A DNA stretch of 64,000 bases from Squalus acanthias (GCA_030390025.1 CM059432.1:16618001-16682000), one strand, 5' to 3'; shown: positions 26,311 through 41,077, counted from the stretch's first letter. A program made the numbers and translations. Notes: a model not told the origin generated them from the letters alone.

Positions 26311-27079
26311 AGAGTTACCTCCCATTTAAGCCAACAAAAGTTTACTGGTGATGAAATCGTCAAAGATATCCCGAACTGTGCAGAGATAAACTGGAATGAC
26401 AAACTTCTTTCAGGGAACATGCTGCTACTTTCTATTTCCACAACCTCGCCTCCACGTCACCCCCCACCAATCTACTTGGTATACTTTTCAGTCGAAAGCA
26501 CCGGTACAGTGCTCACTAGTTACTGAGAAATATGTGCTCACACACCTAGAAATCACTGGTACATTCTGATCTGTTCAGTAGGAATAATCAGGTGTTGGAC
26601 ACCCTGTCACCAGGTGCTCAAAGATTTCAACCTAAGTAGTTCAACTGATTTCCAGCATGCTTTGACTTTGTAAAGGTCCTGTTGTAGGATCCTGCAAACT
26701 TACATATGGCTATCCAAATGAAAAAATGGTCTGGCATCTCTTCCAGTGCCACTTTTAAATGCAACCTATTGCCAATTGGGCGTGATTATATGTGCTATTC
26801 TGTGGCCCTCAGTATATTAGCAGTATAACAATGTGCTGTGCACCACCATCTATAACAACTGAGTAAGGTTATGATAATAGGGCAAAAGCTGTTTTTTACT
26901 GCCTGAAATTAGTTGCTATGATGCCAGTGCTCGTCAATTTTGAAATTTTGTGGAAACAAAGAAAGGATGAGCAGCAGAGTATAGAAACCAAACATCTTAA
27001 GTGAAATAACAAATTAGGAAAAAAAAGACGCATAGCTCTCCATTACATCTCTTAGAGAAATCTCAAAGCACTTCTCATC

Positions 27080-27315
27080 TAGACTGTTTCCACTGGCAGG
27101 AGGGTCAGTAACCAGAGGACACAGATGTAAGCTAATTGGCAAAAGAGCAGGGGGGGGAGCGGAGGAGAATGAGGAGAATTTTTTTTTTTACTAGAAAAAG
27201 ATAATACTGCAGGGCTATGGGGACAGAGCAGTGGAGTGGGACGAATTGGATGGCTCTTTCTAAGAGCCAGCACAGGCACGACGGGCCGAACGGCCTCCTC
27301 CTGTGCCAAATGATT
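27080..27315 (+). mobile_element. Short CR1 family A 3' end
   Basis: ctgtttccactggcaggagggtcagtaaccagaggacacaga...gggccgaacggcctcct matches other CR1 tails in the window. Confidence 0.75.
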
Positions 27316-27453
27316 CAATTAATTACTTTACAAATATAATGACTGTTGCTGCAAACATAGAAGCCATTTGTACACAAGACCCCACAAATGAGATGAATGC
27401 CTAGTTAATCTGTTTTGGATGGCATTAGTTGAAAAATGAATATGAATAAAAAA

Positions 27454-28675
27454 GGACCACTCGGCTCCAGACCTCATTACAGCCTTGGTCCAAACATGGA
27501 CAAAGGAGCTGAATTCCAGAGGTGAGGTGAGAGTGACTGCCCTTGACGTCAAGGCTGCATTTGAACGAGTGTAGCATCAAGGAGCCCTAGTAAAACTGAA
27601 GTCAATGGGAATCGGGGGAGAAAAGTCTCCACTGGCTGGAGTCATACCTAGCACAAAAGAAGATGGTTGTGGTGATTGAAGGTCAATCATCACAGCCCCA
27701 GGACATCGCTGCAGGAGTTCCTCAGGGCAGTATCCGAGGCCCAACCATCTTCAGCTGCTTCATCAATGACCTTTCCTCCATCATAAGGTCAAAAATAGGG
27801 ACGTTCGCTGATGACTGCATAGTGTTCAGTGCTATTCACAACTCCTCAGATAATGAAGCAGTCCATGCCCGCATGCAACAAGACCTGGACGACATTCAGG
27901 CTTGGGCTGATAAATGGCAGGTAACATTCGTGCCTCACAAGAGCCAGGCAATGACTATCTCCAACAAGCGAGAGTCTAACCACCGCCCCTTGACATTCAA
28001 CGGCATTACCATCGCCGAATCCCTTGACCAAAAACTTAACTGGACCAGCCACATAAATACTGTGGCAACAAGAGCAGGTCAGAGGCTCGGTATTCTGCAG
28101 CGAGTGTCTCACCTCCTGACTCCCCAAAGCCTTTCCACCATCTACAAGGCACAAGTAAGGAGTGTGATGGAATACTCTCCACTTGCCTGGATGAGTGCAG
28201 CTCCAACAACACTCAAGAAGCTCGACGCCATCCAGGACAAAGCAGCCCGCTTGATTGGCACCCCAGCCACCACCTTAAACATTCACTCCCTCCACCACCG
28301 GCGCACCGTGGCTGCAGTGTGTACCATCGACAAGATGCACTGCAGCAACTCACCAAGGCTCCTTCGGCAGCACCTCCCAAACCCACGACGTCTATCACCT
28401 TGAAGGACAAGGACAGCAGGCGCATGGGAACACCACCACCTCCAAGTTCCCCTCCAAGTCACATCATCCTGACTCGGAAGTATATCGCCGATTCTTCATC
28501 GCCGCTGGGTCAAAATCCTGGACCTCCCTCCCTAATAGCACTGTGGGAGTACCTTCACCGCACAGGACTGCAGCCGTTCAAGAAGGCGGCTCACCATCAC
28601 CTTGTCAAGGGCAATTAGGGATGGACAATAAATGCTGGCCTTGCCAGCGACGCCCACATCCCATGAATGAATTTT
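27454..28675 (+). mobile_element. CR1-clade LINE family B 3' half with a 246-aa RT ORF remnant
   Basis: AGVPQGS..GPTIFSCFINDL...FADD...MEYSPLAW. Tail cccatgaatgaat. Confidence 0.92.
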
Positions 28676-29852
28676 AAAAAATTGGTCAGTACACCAGGAG
28701 AATTTTCTGTAATACTTTGAAATCTTGGACATCCATCTGAACCACAGATCAGGCACAGAGCGCCTCACCCTCCAACAATATTTGCTAGCCAAGCATTTCA
28801 TCAGTAAATATTACGTTTATTATTACGGCTCTTCGATGCACTGAAGTCCAGATAAAAATGAAAGTGGAAATAAAAAGCAGAGATACGAGGTGCATAGGTG
28901 TTGACTATGCATCCCAGATGAAAAATATTAGTATGATTTATTCTCCTTTGCAACCATAAAAGCCTGTTGCTTCTATATCAAATGCAAGGAATGGTTTTTC
29001 ACCTCTGGATCCTAAGTACAAATCCAGCTCAGACTGAAGGAGGAAAGTCTCATTGTCCATTGGTTATAAGGGCTCCATATGAGATCTGTTTCGGCAGTTT
29101 AATTTTTTAGTTTTGCAGAGACATTAGCCGATAGCACATAATTATCCCTAATTCCAGACTGACTGGCACTAAAAGTAGCCAATTTTATTCAGAGAAGCCA
29201 AAAGGTAGCTAGAATGGTAAGTGGAATAATTCACTGGGTATATTGGGGCTGCTCTTCTGAGTTATGGGACATTCCTGGGGCTGGATGGAAAGAGCGTTAC
29301 TCTACATTTAACTGTACTGTACATGAACTGGGAATGCTTCATGGTTGGGCTTCTGAAATGGAAGCTTTTTATTCTTCTAACTTTGATCAGCAAAAACTTC
29401 ACAAACATTTGAGCCTACCACTCCCATTAATCCATTCATGAAAACCTTGGTTTTCAATCAGACTTTGAAAGGTTACAGTAGCATAAACAGTTTTCTACTT
29501 CATAGTTCGATATAATATTTTGGACTTCCACAAGTACCAATGCTAGTATCATCTACCCATATCATCTATCCTGTTAATATGGAAATTACATTTTACTCTT
29601 TAAAGAAAATCAGTACAATATTAGAACCTGACTCAAATATATTTACAGCTCTGTACTTAGCATATACCCACAGTTTACAGCTCCTCTCCTACTAAAGGTA
29701 GTAACTCTTCCTGGCTGTGGATCTCGACAATCAAAAGCAATCTATCACTACCTCAATTAATTGGCTTTCTTCAGGCAACCATGAGGTGACTTCGACCACA
29801 GGTGCTATCCCAGCCAAGCCAATGTTTATGGTGCACTTTTCCCAGCAAGAAT

Positions 29853-30732
29853 TAGTGGGGTTCCGCAGGGCTCATTACTAGGTCCCTTGCTTTTGTGGTA
29901 TATATCAATGATCTAGACTGAATATAGTGGGCATGATTAAGAAGTTTGCAGATGATACTACAATAAGCTGTGCGGCTGATACTGAAGAAGGAAGCTGTAG
30001 ACTGCAGGAAGATATCAATAAATTGGTCAGGTGGGCAGAACAGTGGCAAATTGAATTCAATCCGGAGAAGTGTGAGGTAATGCATTTGGGGAGGGCTAAC
30101 AAGGCAAGGAATACACATTAAATGAGAAGTGTAGAGAAACAAAGGGAACTTGGAGTGCATGTCCACAGATCCCTGAAGGTAGCAGGCCAGGTAGATAAGG
30201 TGGTTAAGAAGGCATATGGAATGCTTGCCTTTATTAGCCGTGGCATAGAATACAAGAGCAGGGGGGGGGTTATGCTTCAACTGTATAAAACACTAGTTAG
30301 GCCTCAGCTAGACTACTGTGTGCAGTTCTGGTCACCACATTACAGGAAAGATGTGATTGCACTAGAGAGGGTACAGAGGAGATTTACAAGGATGTTGCCA
30401 GGAGTAGAGAATCTTAGCTATGAGGAAAGACTGGATAGGCTGGGTCTGTTTTCCTTGGAACAGAGGAGGCTGGGGGGAGACCTTATTGAGGTGCATAAAA
30501 TTATGAAGGGCATAGATAGAGTGGATAGAAAGGACCTATTTCCCTTAGCAGAGGGGTCAAAAACCAGGGGGCACAGATTTAAAGTAATTGGTGGAAGGTT
30601 TAGAGGGGATTTGAGGGGAAATTTCTTCACCCAGAGGGTTGTGGGGGTCTGGAACTCACTGCCTGAAAGGGTGGTAGAGGCAGGAACCCTAACCACATTT
30701 AAAAAGTACTTGGATGTGCACTTGGGATGCGT
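29853..30732 (+). mobile_element. CR1 family A 3' fragment; its 3' UTR resumes at about 34543-34665
   Basis: KKFADD, LDYCVQFWSPHYRKD, FFTQRVVGVWNSLP. Comparison with 45841-45990 shows the split point. Confidence 0.88.
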
Positions 30733-33700
30733 TTAATGAGTTGGTCACACCGCAGGTAAAGGCTGCACAGGCAGGAAGGGAATGGGTGACCGCCAGGCAG
30801 AGTAGTAGGCGCAGGCAGGTAGTGCAGGGGTCCCCTGTGGCCATCCCCCTCTCAAACAGATATACCACTTTGGATATTGTTGAGGGAGATGGCTTATCGG
30901 GGGAAGGCAGCAGCGGCCAACTTCCTGGCACCATGGGTGGTTCTGCTGCACAGGACGGAAGGAAAAAGAGCGGGAGAGCGAGAGTGATAGGGGATTCTAT
31001 TGTAAGGGGAATAGATAGGCGTTTCTGCGGCCGCAAACGAGACTCCAGGATGGTATGTTGCCTCCCTGGTGCAAGGGTCAAGGATGTCTCGGAGTGGCTG
31101 CAGGGCATTCTGGAGGGGGAGGGTGAACAGCCAGTTGTCGTGGTGCATATAGGTACCAACGATATAGGTAAAAAACGGGATGAGGTCCTAAAAGCTGAAT
31201 ATAGGGAGTTAGGAGGTAAATTAAAAATTAGGACCTCAAAGGTAGTAATCCCAGGATTGCTACCAGTGCCACGTGCTAGTCAGAGTAGAAATAGAAGGAT
31301 GTTTCAGATGAATACGTGGCTAGAGGAATGGTGCAAGGGGGAGGGATTCAAATTCCTGGGACATTGGAACCGGTTCTGGGGTAGGTGGGACCAGTACAAA
31401 CTGGACGGTTTGCACCTGGGCAGGACCGGGACCGATGTCCTAGGGGGAGTGTTTGCTTGTGCTTTTGGGGAGGGTTTAAACTAAAATGGCAGGGGGTTGG
31501 GAACCTGTGCAGGGAGACAGAGGAAAGGGAAGTAAGGATAGAAGCAAAAGACAGGAAGGAGAAAAGCAAAAGTGGCAGTCAGAGAAATCAAGGGTGTAAA
31601 TCAAACATGGCCACAGTAAATAATAATTCTAAAAGGACTAAGAGTGTTAAAAAAACAAGCCTGAAGGCTTTGTGTCTTAATGCGAGGAGCATTCGTAATA
31701 AGGTGGATGAATTAGCTGCGCAAATAGATGTAAACAGATATGATATAATTGGGATTACGGAGACATGGCTCCAGGGTGACCAAGGCTGGGAATTCAACAT
31801 CCAGGGGTATTCAATATTCAGGAAGGACAGGCAAAAATGAAAAGGAGGTGGGGTAGCATTGCTGGTTAAAGAGGAGATTAACACAATAGTAAGGAAGGAT
31901 ATTAGCTCTGATGCTGTGGAATCTGTATGGGTAGAGCTGAGAAATACCTAGGGGCAGAAAACGTTAGTGGGAGTTGTATACAGACCCCCAAAAAGTAATG
32001 CTGAGGTTGGGGATGGCATTAAACGGGAAATTAGAGACGCATGCAATAAGGGCACAGCAGTTATCATGGGTGACTTTAATCTACATATAGATTGGGCTAA
32101 CCAAATTAGTAAAAATACTGTGGAGGAGGAATTCCTAGAGTGTATACGGGATGGTTTCCTGGACCAATATCGAGGAATCAACTAGAGATCAGGCCATCTT
32201 AGACTGGGTATTATGTAATGAAAAAGGATTAATTAGCAATCTTGTTGTGCGAGGCCCCTTGGGGAGGAGCGATCATAATATGATAGAATTCTTCATTAAG
32301 ATGGAGAGTGAAGTATCTGACTCAGAGACTAGGGTCCTAAATTTAAATAAAGGGAACTATGATGGTATGAGGCACGAGTTGGCTAGGATGCATTGGGGAA
32401 CGTTACTTAAAGGGTTGACGGTGGATAGGCAATGGCAAACATTTAAAGATCGCATGGATGAACTACAGAATTTGTTCATCCCTGTTTGGCATAAAAATAA
32501 AACAAAAAAGGTGACTCAACCGTGGCTAACAAGGGAAATTAGGGATAGCATAAGATCCAAGGAGAGGACATATAAATTGGCCAGAAAAAGCAGCAAACCT
32601 GAGGATTGGGAGCAGTTTAGGATTCAGCAAAGGAGGACAAAAGGATTAATTAAGAGGGGGAAAATAGAATATGAGAGTAAGCTTTCAGGGAACATAAAAA
32701 CTGACTGTAAAAGCTTCTATAGATATATGAAGAGAAAAAGATTGGTGAAATCAAGCGTAGGTCCCTTGCAGTCAGAATCAGGGGAATTTATAATGGGGAA
32801 CAAAGAAATGGCTGACGAATTAAATACGTACTTTGGTTCTGTCTTCACAAAGGAGGACACAAATAACCTCCCAGAGATGTCGGGGAACATAGGGTCTAAT
32901 GAGAGGGTGGAACTGAATGAAATCAGTATTTGTAGGGAAATGGTGTTAGGGAAATTGACAGGATTGAAGGCCGATAAATCCCCAGAGCCTGATAATCTAC
33001 ATCCTAGGGTACTTAAGGAAGTGGCCCTAGAAATATTAGATGCATTGCTGGTCATCTTCCAAAATTCGATAGACTCTGGAACAGTACCCATGGATTGGAG
33101 GGTAGCTAATGTAACCCCACTATTTAAAAAAGGTGGTAGAGAGAAAATGGGGAATTACAGACCGGTAAGCCTGACATCGGTAGTGGGGAAAATGCTAGAG
33201 TCCATTATAAAAGATGTAATAGCAGAGCACTTGGAAAACAGTGACAGGATCGGACAAAGTCAATATAGATTTACAAAAGGTAAATCATGCTTGACTAATC
33301 TACTGGAATTTTTTGAGGATGTAACTGGTAGAATAGATAAGGGAGAACCAGTGGATGTGGTGTATTTGGACTTTCAGAAGGCTTTCGATAAGGTCCCGCA
33401 TAAGAGATTCGCGTGCAAAGTTAAAGCACATGGGATTGGGGGTAGGGTACTGACTTGGATAGAGAACTGGTTGGCAGACAGGAAGCAAAGAGTTGGAATA
33501 AACGGGTCTTTTTCCGAGTGGCAGGCAGTGACTAGTGGGGTACCGCAAGGATCGGTGCTAGGACCCCAGCTATTCACAATATATATTAATGATCTAGACG
33601 AGGGAACTAGATGTAATATCTCCAAGTTTGCAGACGACACAAAGCTGGGTGGGCGTGTCTGCTGTGAGGAGGATGCAGAGAAACTCCAGTATGATTTGGA

Positions 33701-34542
33701 CAGGTTGGGTGATTGGGCAGATGCAGTATAATGTGGATAAATGCGAGATTATCCACTTTGGTGGCAAAAACAGGAAGGCAGATTATCTGAACGGCAATAG
33801 ATTGGGAAAAGGGGAAGTGCAACGAGACCTAGGTGTCCTTGTGCACCAGTCGCTGATGTAAGCATGCAGGTGCAGCAGGCGGTTAAGAAGGCAAATGGTA
33901 TGTTGGCCTTCATAGCGAGAGGATTCGAGTACAGGAGCAAGGATGTCTTGCTGCAGTTGTACAGGGCCTTGGTGAGACCACACCTTGAGTATTGGGTGCA
34001 GTTTTGGTCGCCTTATCTGAGGAAGGATGTTCTTGCCATGGAGGGAGTGCAGCGAAGATTCACCAGACTGATACCTGGGATGGCAGGAATGACGTATGAA
34101 GAGAGATTGGGTCGATTAGGCTTATATTCGCTAGAGTTTAGAAGAATGAGAGGGGATCTCATTGAAACTTATAAAATTCTAACAGGACTAGACAGACTAG
34201 ATGCAGGAAGGATGTTTCCGATGGCGGGGGAGTCCAGAACCAGGGGTCACAGTCTAAGGATAAGGGGTAAGCCATTTAGGACTGAGATGAGGAGGAATTT
34301 CTTCACCCAGAGAGAGTGGTGAACCTGTGGAATTCTCTACCACAGAAGGCAGTTGAGGCCAATTCATTAAATATATTCAAGAAGGAGATAGATATATTTC
34401 TTAAGGCTAAAGGGATCAAGGGATATGGGGAGAAAGCAGGGACAGGGTACTGAATTTGGATGATCAGCCATGATCTCATTAAATGGCGGAACAGGCTCGA
34501 GGGGCCGAATGGCCTACTCCTGCTCCTATCTTCTATGTTTCT
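30733..34542 (+). mobile_element. Nearly full-length CR1 LINE: SGNH/GDSL esterase-type ORF1 plus APE-RT ORF2 with a few stops and frameshifts
   Basis: ORF1 blocks GDSIVRG, HIGTND, DGLHL. ORF2 LNARSIRNK, GITETWL, GDFN, SDH and a 526-aa RT segment with YRPVSLTS and PQGSVLGP...FADD. Ends in a ttctatgtttct tail. Confidence 0.95.
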
Positions 34543-34750
34543 AACCTGCAGGGCTACGGACCAATAGCTGGGAAGTGGGATTAGGCTGGATAGCTCTTTG
34601 TTGGCCGGCACGGACACAATGGGCCGAAATGGCCTCCTTCCATGCTGTAACTTTCTATGATTCTAGTGCATAGCAATCACCAATGAGTACTCTGCCTAAT
34701 TTTTCCCTTCTCATGGGCACTGAGGCTAATTGTAGTGCCTTCATCATCAC

Positions 34751-36665
34751 TGGTGATAATGGGGGACTTCAACTATCCTAATATAGACTGGGATAGCAAT
34801 AGTGTAAAGGGTCGAGAGAGGAAAGAATTTCTGAAGTGTGTTCAGGAGAACTTCCTTGATCAGTACGTTTCCGGCCCAACGAGGAAGGAGGCATTGCTGG
34901 ATCTGGTTCTGGGGAATGAGGGGGGTCAAGTGGAGCAAGTGTCAGTATGGGAACCTTTAGGGAACAGTGATCATAGTATCATAAGGTTTAGATTAGCTAT
35001 GGAAAAGGACAGGGAGCAATCTAGAGTAAAAATACTTAATTGGAGGAAGGCAAATTTCAGTGGGTTGAGAACGGATCTGGCCCAGATAAATTGGAATCAA
35101 AGATTGGCAGGCAAAACTGTAATCGAATAATGGGCTGCCTTTAAAGAGGAGATGGTTCGGCTACAGTCGAGGTATATTCCCACGAGGGGGAAAGGCAGGG
35201 CAACCAAAGTCAGAGCTTCCTGGATGACGAAAGAGATAGAGAATAAGATGAAGCAGAAAAAGAGCACGTATGACAGATGTCAGGTTGAGAATACAAGTGA
35301 GAATCAGGCTGAATATAGAAAGTTCAGAGGGGAAGTGAAAAAGAAAATGAGGGGCGGAAAGAGAGTATGAGAATAGATTGGCAGCTAACATAAAAAGGAA
35401 TTCAAAAGTCTTCTATAGGCATATAAATAGTAAACAGGTAGAAAGAGGAGGGGTGGGGCCAATTAGGGACCAAAAAGGAGACCTATGCATGGAGGCAGAG
35501 GGCATGGCTGAGGTACTAAATGCGGACTTTGCATCTGTCTTCACCAAGGAATTTGAAGCCCATGGAATAAAAGGGACAGTGGCAGCATGGATACGGAATT
35601 AGCTAATTGACAGGAAACAGAGAGTGGTGGTGAACGGTTGTTTTTTGGACTGGAGAAAGGTGTTCCCCAGGAGTCGGTACTAGGACCACTGCCTGTCTTG
35701 ATATATATTAATGACTTGGACTTGGGTGTACAGGGCACAATTTCAAAATTTGCAGATGACACAAAACTTGGAAATATAGCAAACAGTGAGGAGGCTAGTG
35801 ATAGACTTCAAGAAAATATAGTCAGGCTGGTGAAATGGGCAGACACGTGGCAGATGAAATTTAACACAGAAAAGTGCAAAGTGATACATTTTGGTAGGAA
35901 GAACGAGGAGAAGCAATATAAACTAAAGGGTACAATTCTAAAGGGAGTGCATGAACAGAGAGACCTGTGAGTATACGTGCACAAATTGTTTAAGGTGGCA
36001 GGGCAGGTTAAGAAAACGGTTAAAAAAGTATACGGGATCCTGGGCTTCATAAATAGAGGTATAGAGTACAAAAGCAAGGAAGTTATGAGGAACATTTGTA
36101 AAACACTGGTTCGGCCTCAACTGGAATAGTGTGTCCAATTCTGGGCACCACACTTTAGGAAGGATGTGAAGGCCTCAGGGAGGGTGCAGAAAAGATTCAC
36201 AAGAATGGTTCCAGAGATGAGGGACTTCAGTTACGTGGATAGAATAGAGAAGCTGGGGTTGTTCTCCTGAGCAGAGAAGGTTGAGAGGAGATTTGATAGA
36301 GATGTTCAAAATCATGATGGGTCTTGACAGAGTAGTTAGAGAGAAACTGTTCCCATTGGCGGAAGGGTCGAGAACCAGAGGACACAGATTTAAGGTGATT
36401 GGCAAAAGAACCAAAGGCGACATGAGGAAAAACTTTTTTACGCAGCGAGTGGTTAGGATCTGGAATGCACTGCCTGAAAGGGTGGTGGAGGCAGACTCGA
36501 TCGTGGCTTTCAAAAGGGAATTGGATAAGTACCTGAAGGAAAAAAATTTGCAGGGCTACGGGGAAAGGGCGGGGGAGTGGGACTAGCTGAAGTGCTCTTG
36601 TGGAGAGCTGGCACGGTTTTGACGGGCCGAATGGCCTCCTTCTGCGCAGTAACCATTCTATTACT
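34751..36665 (+). mobile_element. CR1 family A with an internal deletion near 35547
   Basis: GDFNYPNIDW, SDHS, then FASVFTKE fused directly to FEAHGIKG; FADD and an intact 3' end follow. Confidence 0.9.
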
Positions 36666-37395
36666 CTAGCTGGAGTCAACTAACTCCACAGAATGCAGGG
36701 ACCAAACCTGGAACTGATCTGAACTTGGCTTGTAACCATTCCATGCGCTGCACTAAACTATTGAGCCAACAGGGGAACCAATCCTCAATGGGTAAATGAC
36801 AAGGTAATTAATCTGCTCAGCTCAGAATGAAATCCCTATTGTTTCTCTGTCTGAATTTAGCCCAAATCAATTGATTTTCAATACTACTTTGCAGAAAATA
36901 CACTTTGGATTTTCTAAAAGATCTAAACAGGTACATTGTTTAAATCTTTAAGATAGTTTGCTTTTTGAGATTTCTGGCATGTGATATAAAATGTCTCAGC
37001 CACATTCCATCACTCGAGCAGTAGCGTGGAGACATCTGCTTTTGTTTTTAATCACTCTGCAGATCTCCGTGGGTCTAAATGCTTGCGTTGCAAATACTTT
37101 TTTTTTTAAATCAAAATATCAAATGTAAACCCCTCGTGCTGAGTTTCTTGGCACACTTCAATTGCAGAAGATTTTTTCTTCAAATGAAAAATCTACAATG
37201 AACTGAAAATGTCGACATAAACAAGTTGCCGGAATATAGTAAATAAAACCATAATTAACATTAAAAAATTTCTTGCTGACAATATGCTGAATTTGTAAGA
37301 AAGGACATTGCTCAAAATTTAAAACCCACATAGCAATACTAGGCATATGTTAAATTTCTATTGAAGTTAAACAGATTATTTCTATAAATTTAAGG

Positions 37396-38060
37396 GGGGA
37401 ATCAATTGACCAGAAACTTAACTGGACCAGCCACATAAATACTGTGGCAACAAGAGCAGGTCAGAGGCGAGGTATTCTGCGGCTAGTGACTCACGTCCTG
37501 ACTCCCCAAAGCCTTTCCATCATCCACAAGGCACAAGTCAGAAGTATGATGGAATACTCTCCACTTGCCTGGATGAGTGCAGCTCCAACATCATTCAAGA
37601 AGCTCGACACCACCCAGGACAAACCAACCTGCTTGATCGGCACCCTATCCACCACTTTAAACATTCACTCCCTCCACCACCAGCGCACCATGTCTGCAGT
37701 GTGTACCATCTACAAGATGCACTGCAGCAACTTGCCAAGGCTTCTTCAACAGCACCTCCCAAACCCGCGACCACTACCACCTTGAAGGACAAGGGCAGCA
37801 GACACATGCGAACACCACCACCTCCAAGTTCCCCTCCAAGTCACACACCATCCTGACTTGGAAATGTATCGCCATTCCTTCATCGTCGCTCGGTCAAAAT
37901 CCTGGAACTCCCTACCCAACAGCACTGTGGGAGTACCTTCACTACACGGGCTGCAGCGGTTCAAGAAGGTGGCTCAGCACCACCTTCTCGAGGGCAATTA
38001 GAGATGGGCAATAAATGCTGGCCTTGCCAGTGACACCCACATCCTGTGAATGAATAATTT
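37396..38060 (+). mobile_element. CR1-clade family B 3' fragment
   Basis: ATRAGQR.GILR...MEYSPLAWMSAAP, tail tgaatgaat. Confidence 0.9.
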
Positions 38061-38526
38061 TTTTTACATCAGTAATAATTCTTATGCTTGGCGTCAGAAA
38101 TGGTGACTCAATTACTGTGTTATTTATGATACATCATTCGTTACTTTAAGCTCAGATGTATTAAAAGTACTAATCAGTTTTTCAAAGCAACGGTCAAATT
38201 TATGCATCCCAATTTTCATTACCTCATTAGACCTCCATAGCGATAGTACAACCTGCAGCCACCTTCACAGACACCGTCAATGTTGCTAACCAGAGAATTG
38301 CATCAGCAGGTATGTTTATGTGATGCAACATGAAATATATTGGACCGTTTTCTTTTCTCTCCCTTCCCAGGTGGCTAACAAAACACAGGCTTGAGGAAAC
38401 CTGCAGACAATAGTCCAAACCATTTCCTTGTTAAATGTCCAAGACTGAATCATTATATCAAGCAGTCCAGTAAGATGTGTTTGATTTAATTTATTTTCTC
38501 GTTCAGTTCTATCTCCATCTCTGAAT

Positions 38527-38645
38527 GGGGCTACGGGGAAAGGGCGGGGGAGTGGGACTAGCTGAGGTACTCTTGCAGAGAGCTGGCACGGGCTTGACGG
38601 GCCGAATGGCCTTCTTCTATGCTGTAACCATTCTATGATTCTATA
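38527..38645 (+). mobile_element. CR1 family A 3' UTR fragment
   Basis: Nearly identical to 36553-36660. Confidence 0.8.
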
Positions 38646-38789
38646 TATGGTGTTCAATGAGGAGGGACTAGTTTGAAAGGTATGTTTTTTAATTATAAAA
38701 GTCTAGACCTTAATTATAAAATATAGTGCAAAATGTAATTTAAATATTGAAAAGTGGCGTCAATATTTTCTAAATAGAGAGATTAAAAC

Positions 38790-40440
38790 TAATCCTAAAG
38801 GAGTCACGAGATAGTATTAGGGCTAAGAATACTAAAAATAATCATCTTCTTGTGGAGGGAGAGGGCATGGCTAAGGTACTAAACGAGTACTTTGCATCTA
38901 ACTTCACTAAAGAGGAGGCTGCCAATGTCATAGTATAGGAGAAGGTAGTAGAGAAATTGGATAGGATAAAAATGAGGTACTTAAAAGGTTGGCAGCGCTC
39001 AAAGCAGAAAAGTCACATGTTCCCTATGGGATACATCCTTGGTTGCTGAGTGAAGCAAGGATGGAGTTTGCAAGCTCTTCCAATCCTCCTTAGATAGGGG
39101 AGTCGTGCCAAAGGACTGGAGGATTGCAAATGTTACACCCTTGTTCAAAAAAGGGGAGAGGAATTAACCTGGCATTTACAGACCAGTCAGCCCAAAGTCA
39201 GTGGTGGGGAAACTTTGAGACATTAATCCAGGATAAAATTAACTGGCACTTGGAAAAATATGGGCTAATAAATTAAAGCCAGCATGGATTTGTTGAAGGC
39301 AAATCTTATTTGACTAACTTGATTGAATTCTTTGATGAAGTAACGGAGAGGGTGGATGAGGGTCGTACGGTCAATGTTGTATATATGGACTTTCAAAAAG
39401 CATTTGATAAAGTACCACATTAATAGACTTGTTAGCAAAATTGAAGCACATGGGATTAAAGGGGCAGAAGCTGCGTGGATACTAAATTGGCTCAGGGACT
39501 GAAAGCAGAGAGTAGTGGTGAATAGTTGTTTTTCAGACTGGAGGGAAGTGTGCAGTGGTGTCCCCCCAAAGGGTCGATGTTGGGACCACTGTTCTTTTCG
39601 ATGTATATTAATGACTTGGACTTGGGTATACTGGGCATCATTTCAAAGTTTGCAGATGGCACAAAACTCAGAAATGGAGTTAACAGTGAGGAGGATAATA
39701 ACAGACTTCAGGAGGACATACACAGACTGGTGAAATGGGTTGACACGTGACAGGTGTGAAGTGATTCATTTTGGGAGGAAGAATGAGCAGAGGCAATATA
39801 AACTAAATGGTACAATTTTAAAGTAGGTGCAGGAACAGAGATACCTGTGGGTGTACGTACAGGTGGCAGGACAAGTTGAGAATGCTGTTAAAAAAGCACG
39901 TGGAATCCTTGGTTTTATAAATAGAGGCAGAGAGTACAAAAGCAAGGAAGTTATGCTGAACCTTTATCGAAGACTGATTCAGCCCCAGCTGAGTATTGTG
40001 GCCAACTATGGGCACCACACTTTAGGAAGGCTGGTACCAGGGATGAAATACTTCAGTTATGTGGCGAGACTAGAGAAACTGGAGTTGTTCTCCTTAGAGC
40101 AGAAACGGTTAAGATGAGATTTGACAGAGATTTTCAAAATCAAGAATGATTTTGATAGAGTAAATAAGGAGAAACTGTTTCCAATGGCAGAAGGGTCAGT
40201 AACCAGAGGACACAGATTTAAGGTACTAGCCAAAAGAACCAGTGACAACATGAGGAATTTTTTTAATGCAGAGTTGTTATAATCTGGAATGCACTGCTTG
40301 AAAGGGTGGTGGAAGCAGACTCCACTTGGATATATACTTGCTGGCTATGGGGAAAGAGCAGGAGAGTGGGACTAATTAGATAGATTTCAAAGAGCCGGCA
40401 CAGACATGATGGGCCTCGTTCTGTGCTGTATCATTCTATG
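38790..40440 (+). mobile_element. Degenerate CR1 family A RT/3' region
   Basis: Many stops, but [24 protein letters not shown] and the CR1 3' end are recognisable. Confidence 0.88.
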
Positions 40441-41077
40441 AATTAAAAGACGATGAAGGCCAAGGATGAACAGAGAGACCTAGGGTTCAAATACTTAATT
40501 CCCTGAAAGTGCGAGTGCAGGTAGCTAAAGCCATAAAAAAGACAACAGCATTTTAGGTTTTATAACTAGGGGCTGAATTCCTTCAAGCAAGAGTTGGACC
40601 TGTTTTTGGCTGGGACAGAGATCACCTTGTACAAAAGGTAGGTACTGCATAACATTATCTAGGGCCAGTGTGATCTCATGGACTAGTTTTGATTGTCTCA
40701 GGGGGTTGGAGAGGAATTTCCCCACCAAATTGGCCTGGGTTTTTATCTGGTTTTAGTCAGAAGCAAAAATGTATCAATACACAGTAGTGTCTATATTGCC
40801 TTTTCACCTGCCACCAAATTCCTATTATGTGGAGGGTGAAACTGTTCTTAGGATGATTGATACATGATATTGCCATATATAATGCAAAGTTATAAATTAT
40901 TATGCACCTTCAGTCTTTTTGCCAAAATTAACAATCACTGCATTTCAAAAAGGAAATTGTTGTGTGAAGTGCTTTGAGGCTTTTTGACGTGATATGCCAT
41001 ATAAATGCAAATATTAGGATAGGTTGTATGCACAATAACTATCCTTGGACATCAACAGTAACTACAGAAGAAACAGT

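Noticed and set aside
32151..33731. 526-aa RT ORF as a retron, DGR or other prokaryotic RT system, or a domesticated gene
   Set aside because: It is part of a CR1 ORF2 with APE motifs upstream, nearby stops and frameshifts, a CR1 tail and many paralogous copies in a vertebrate intron.
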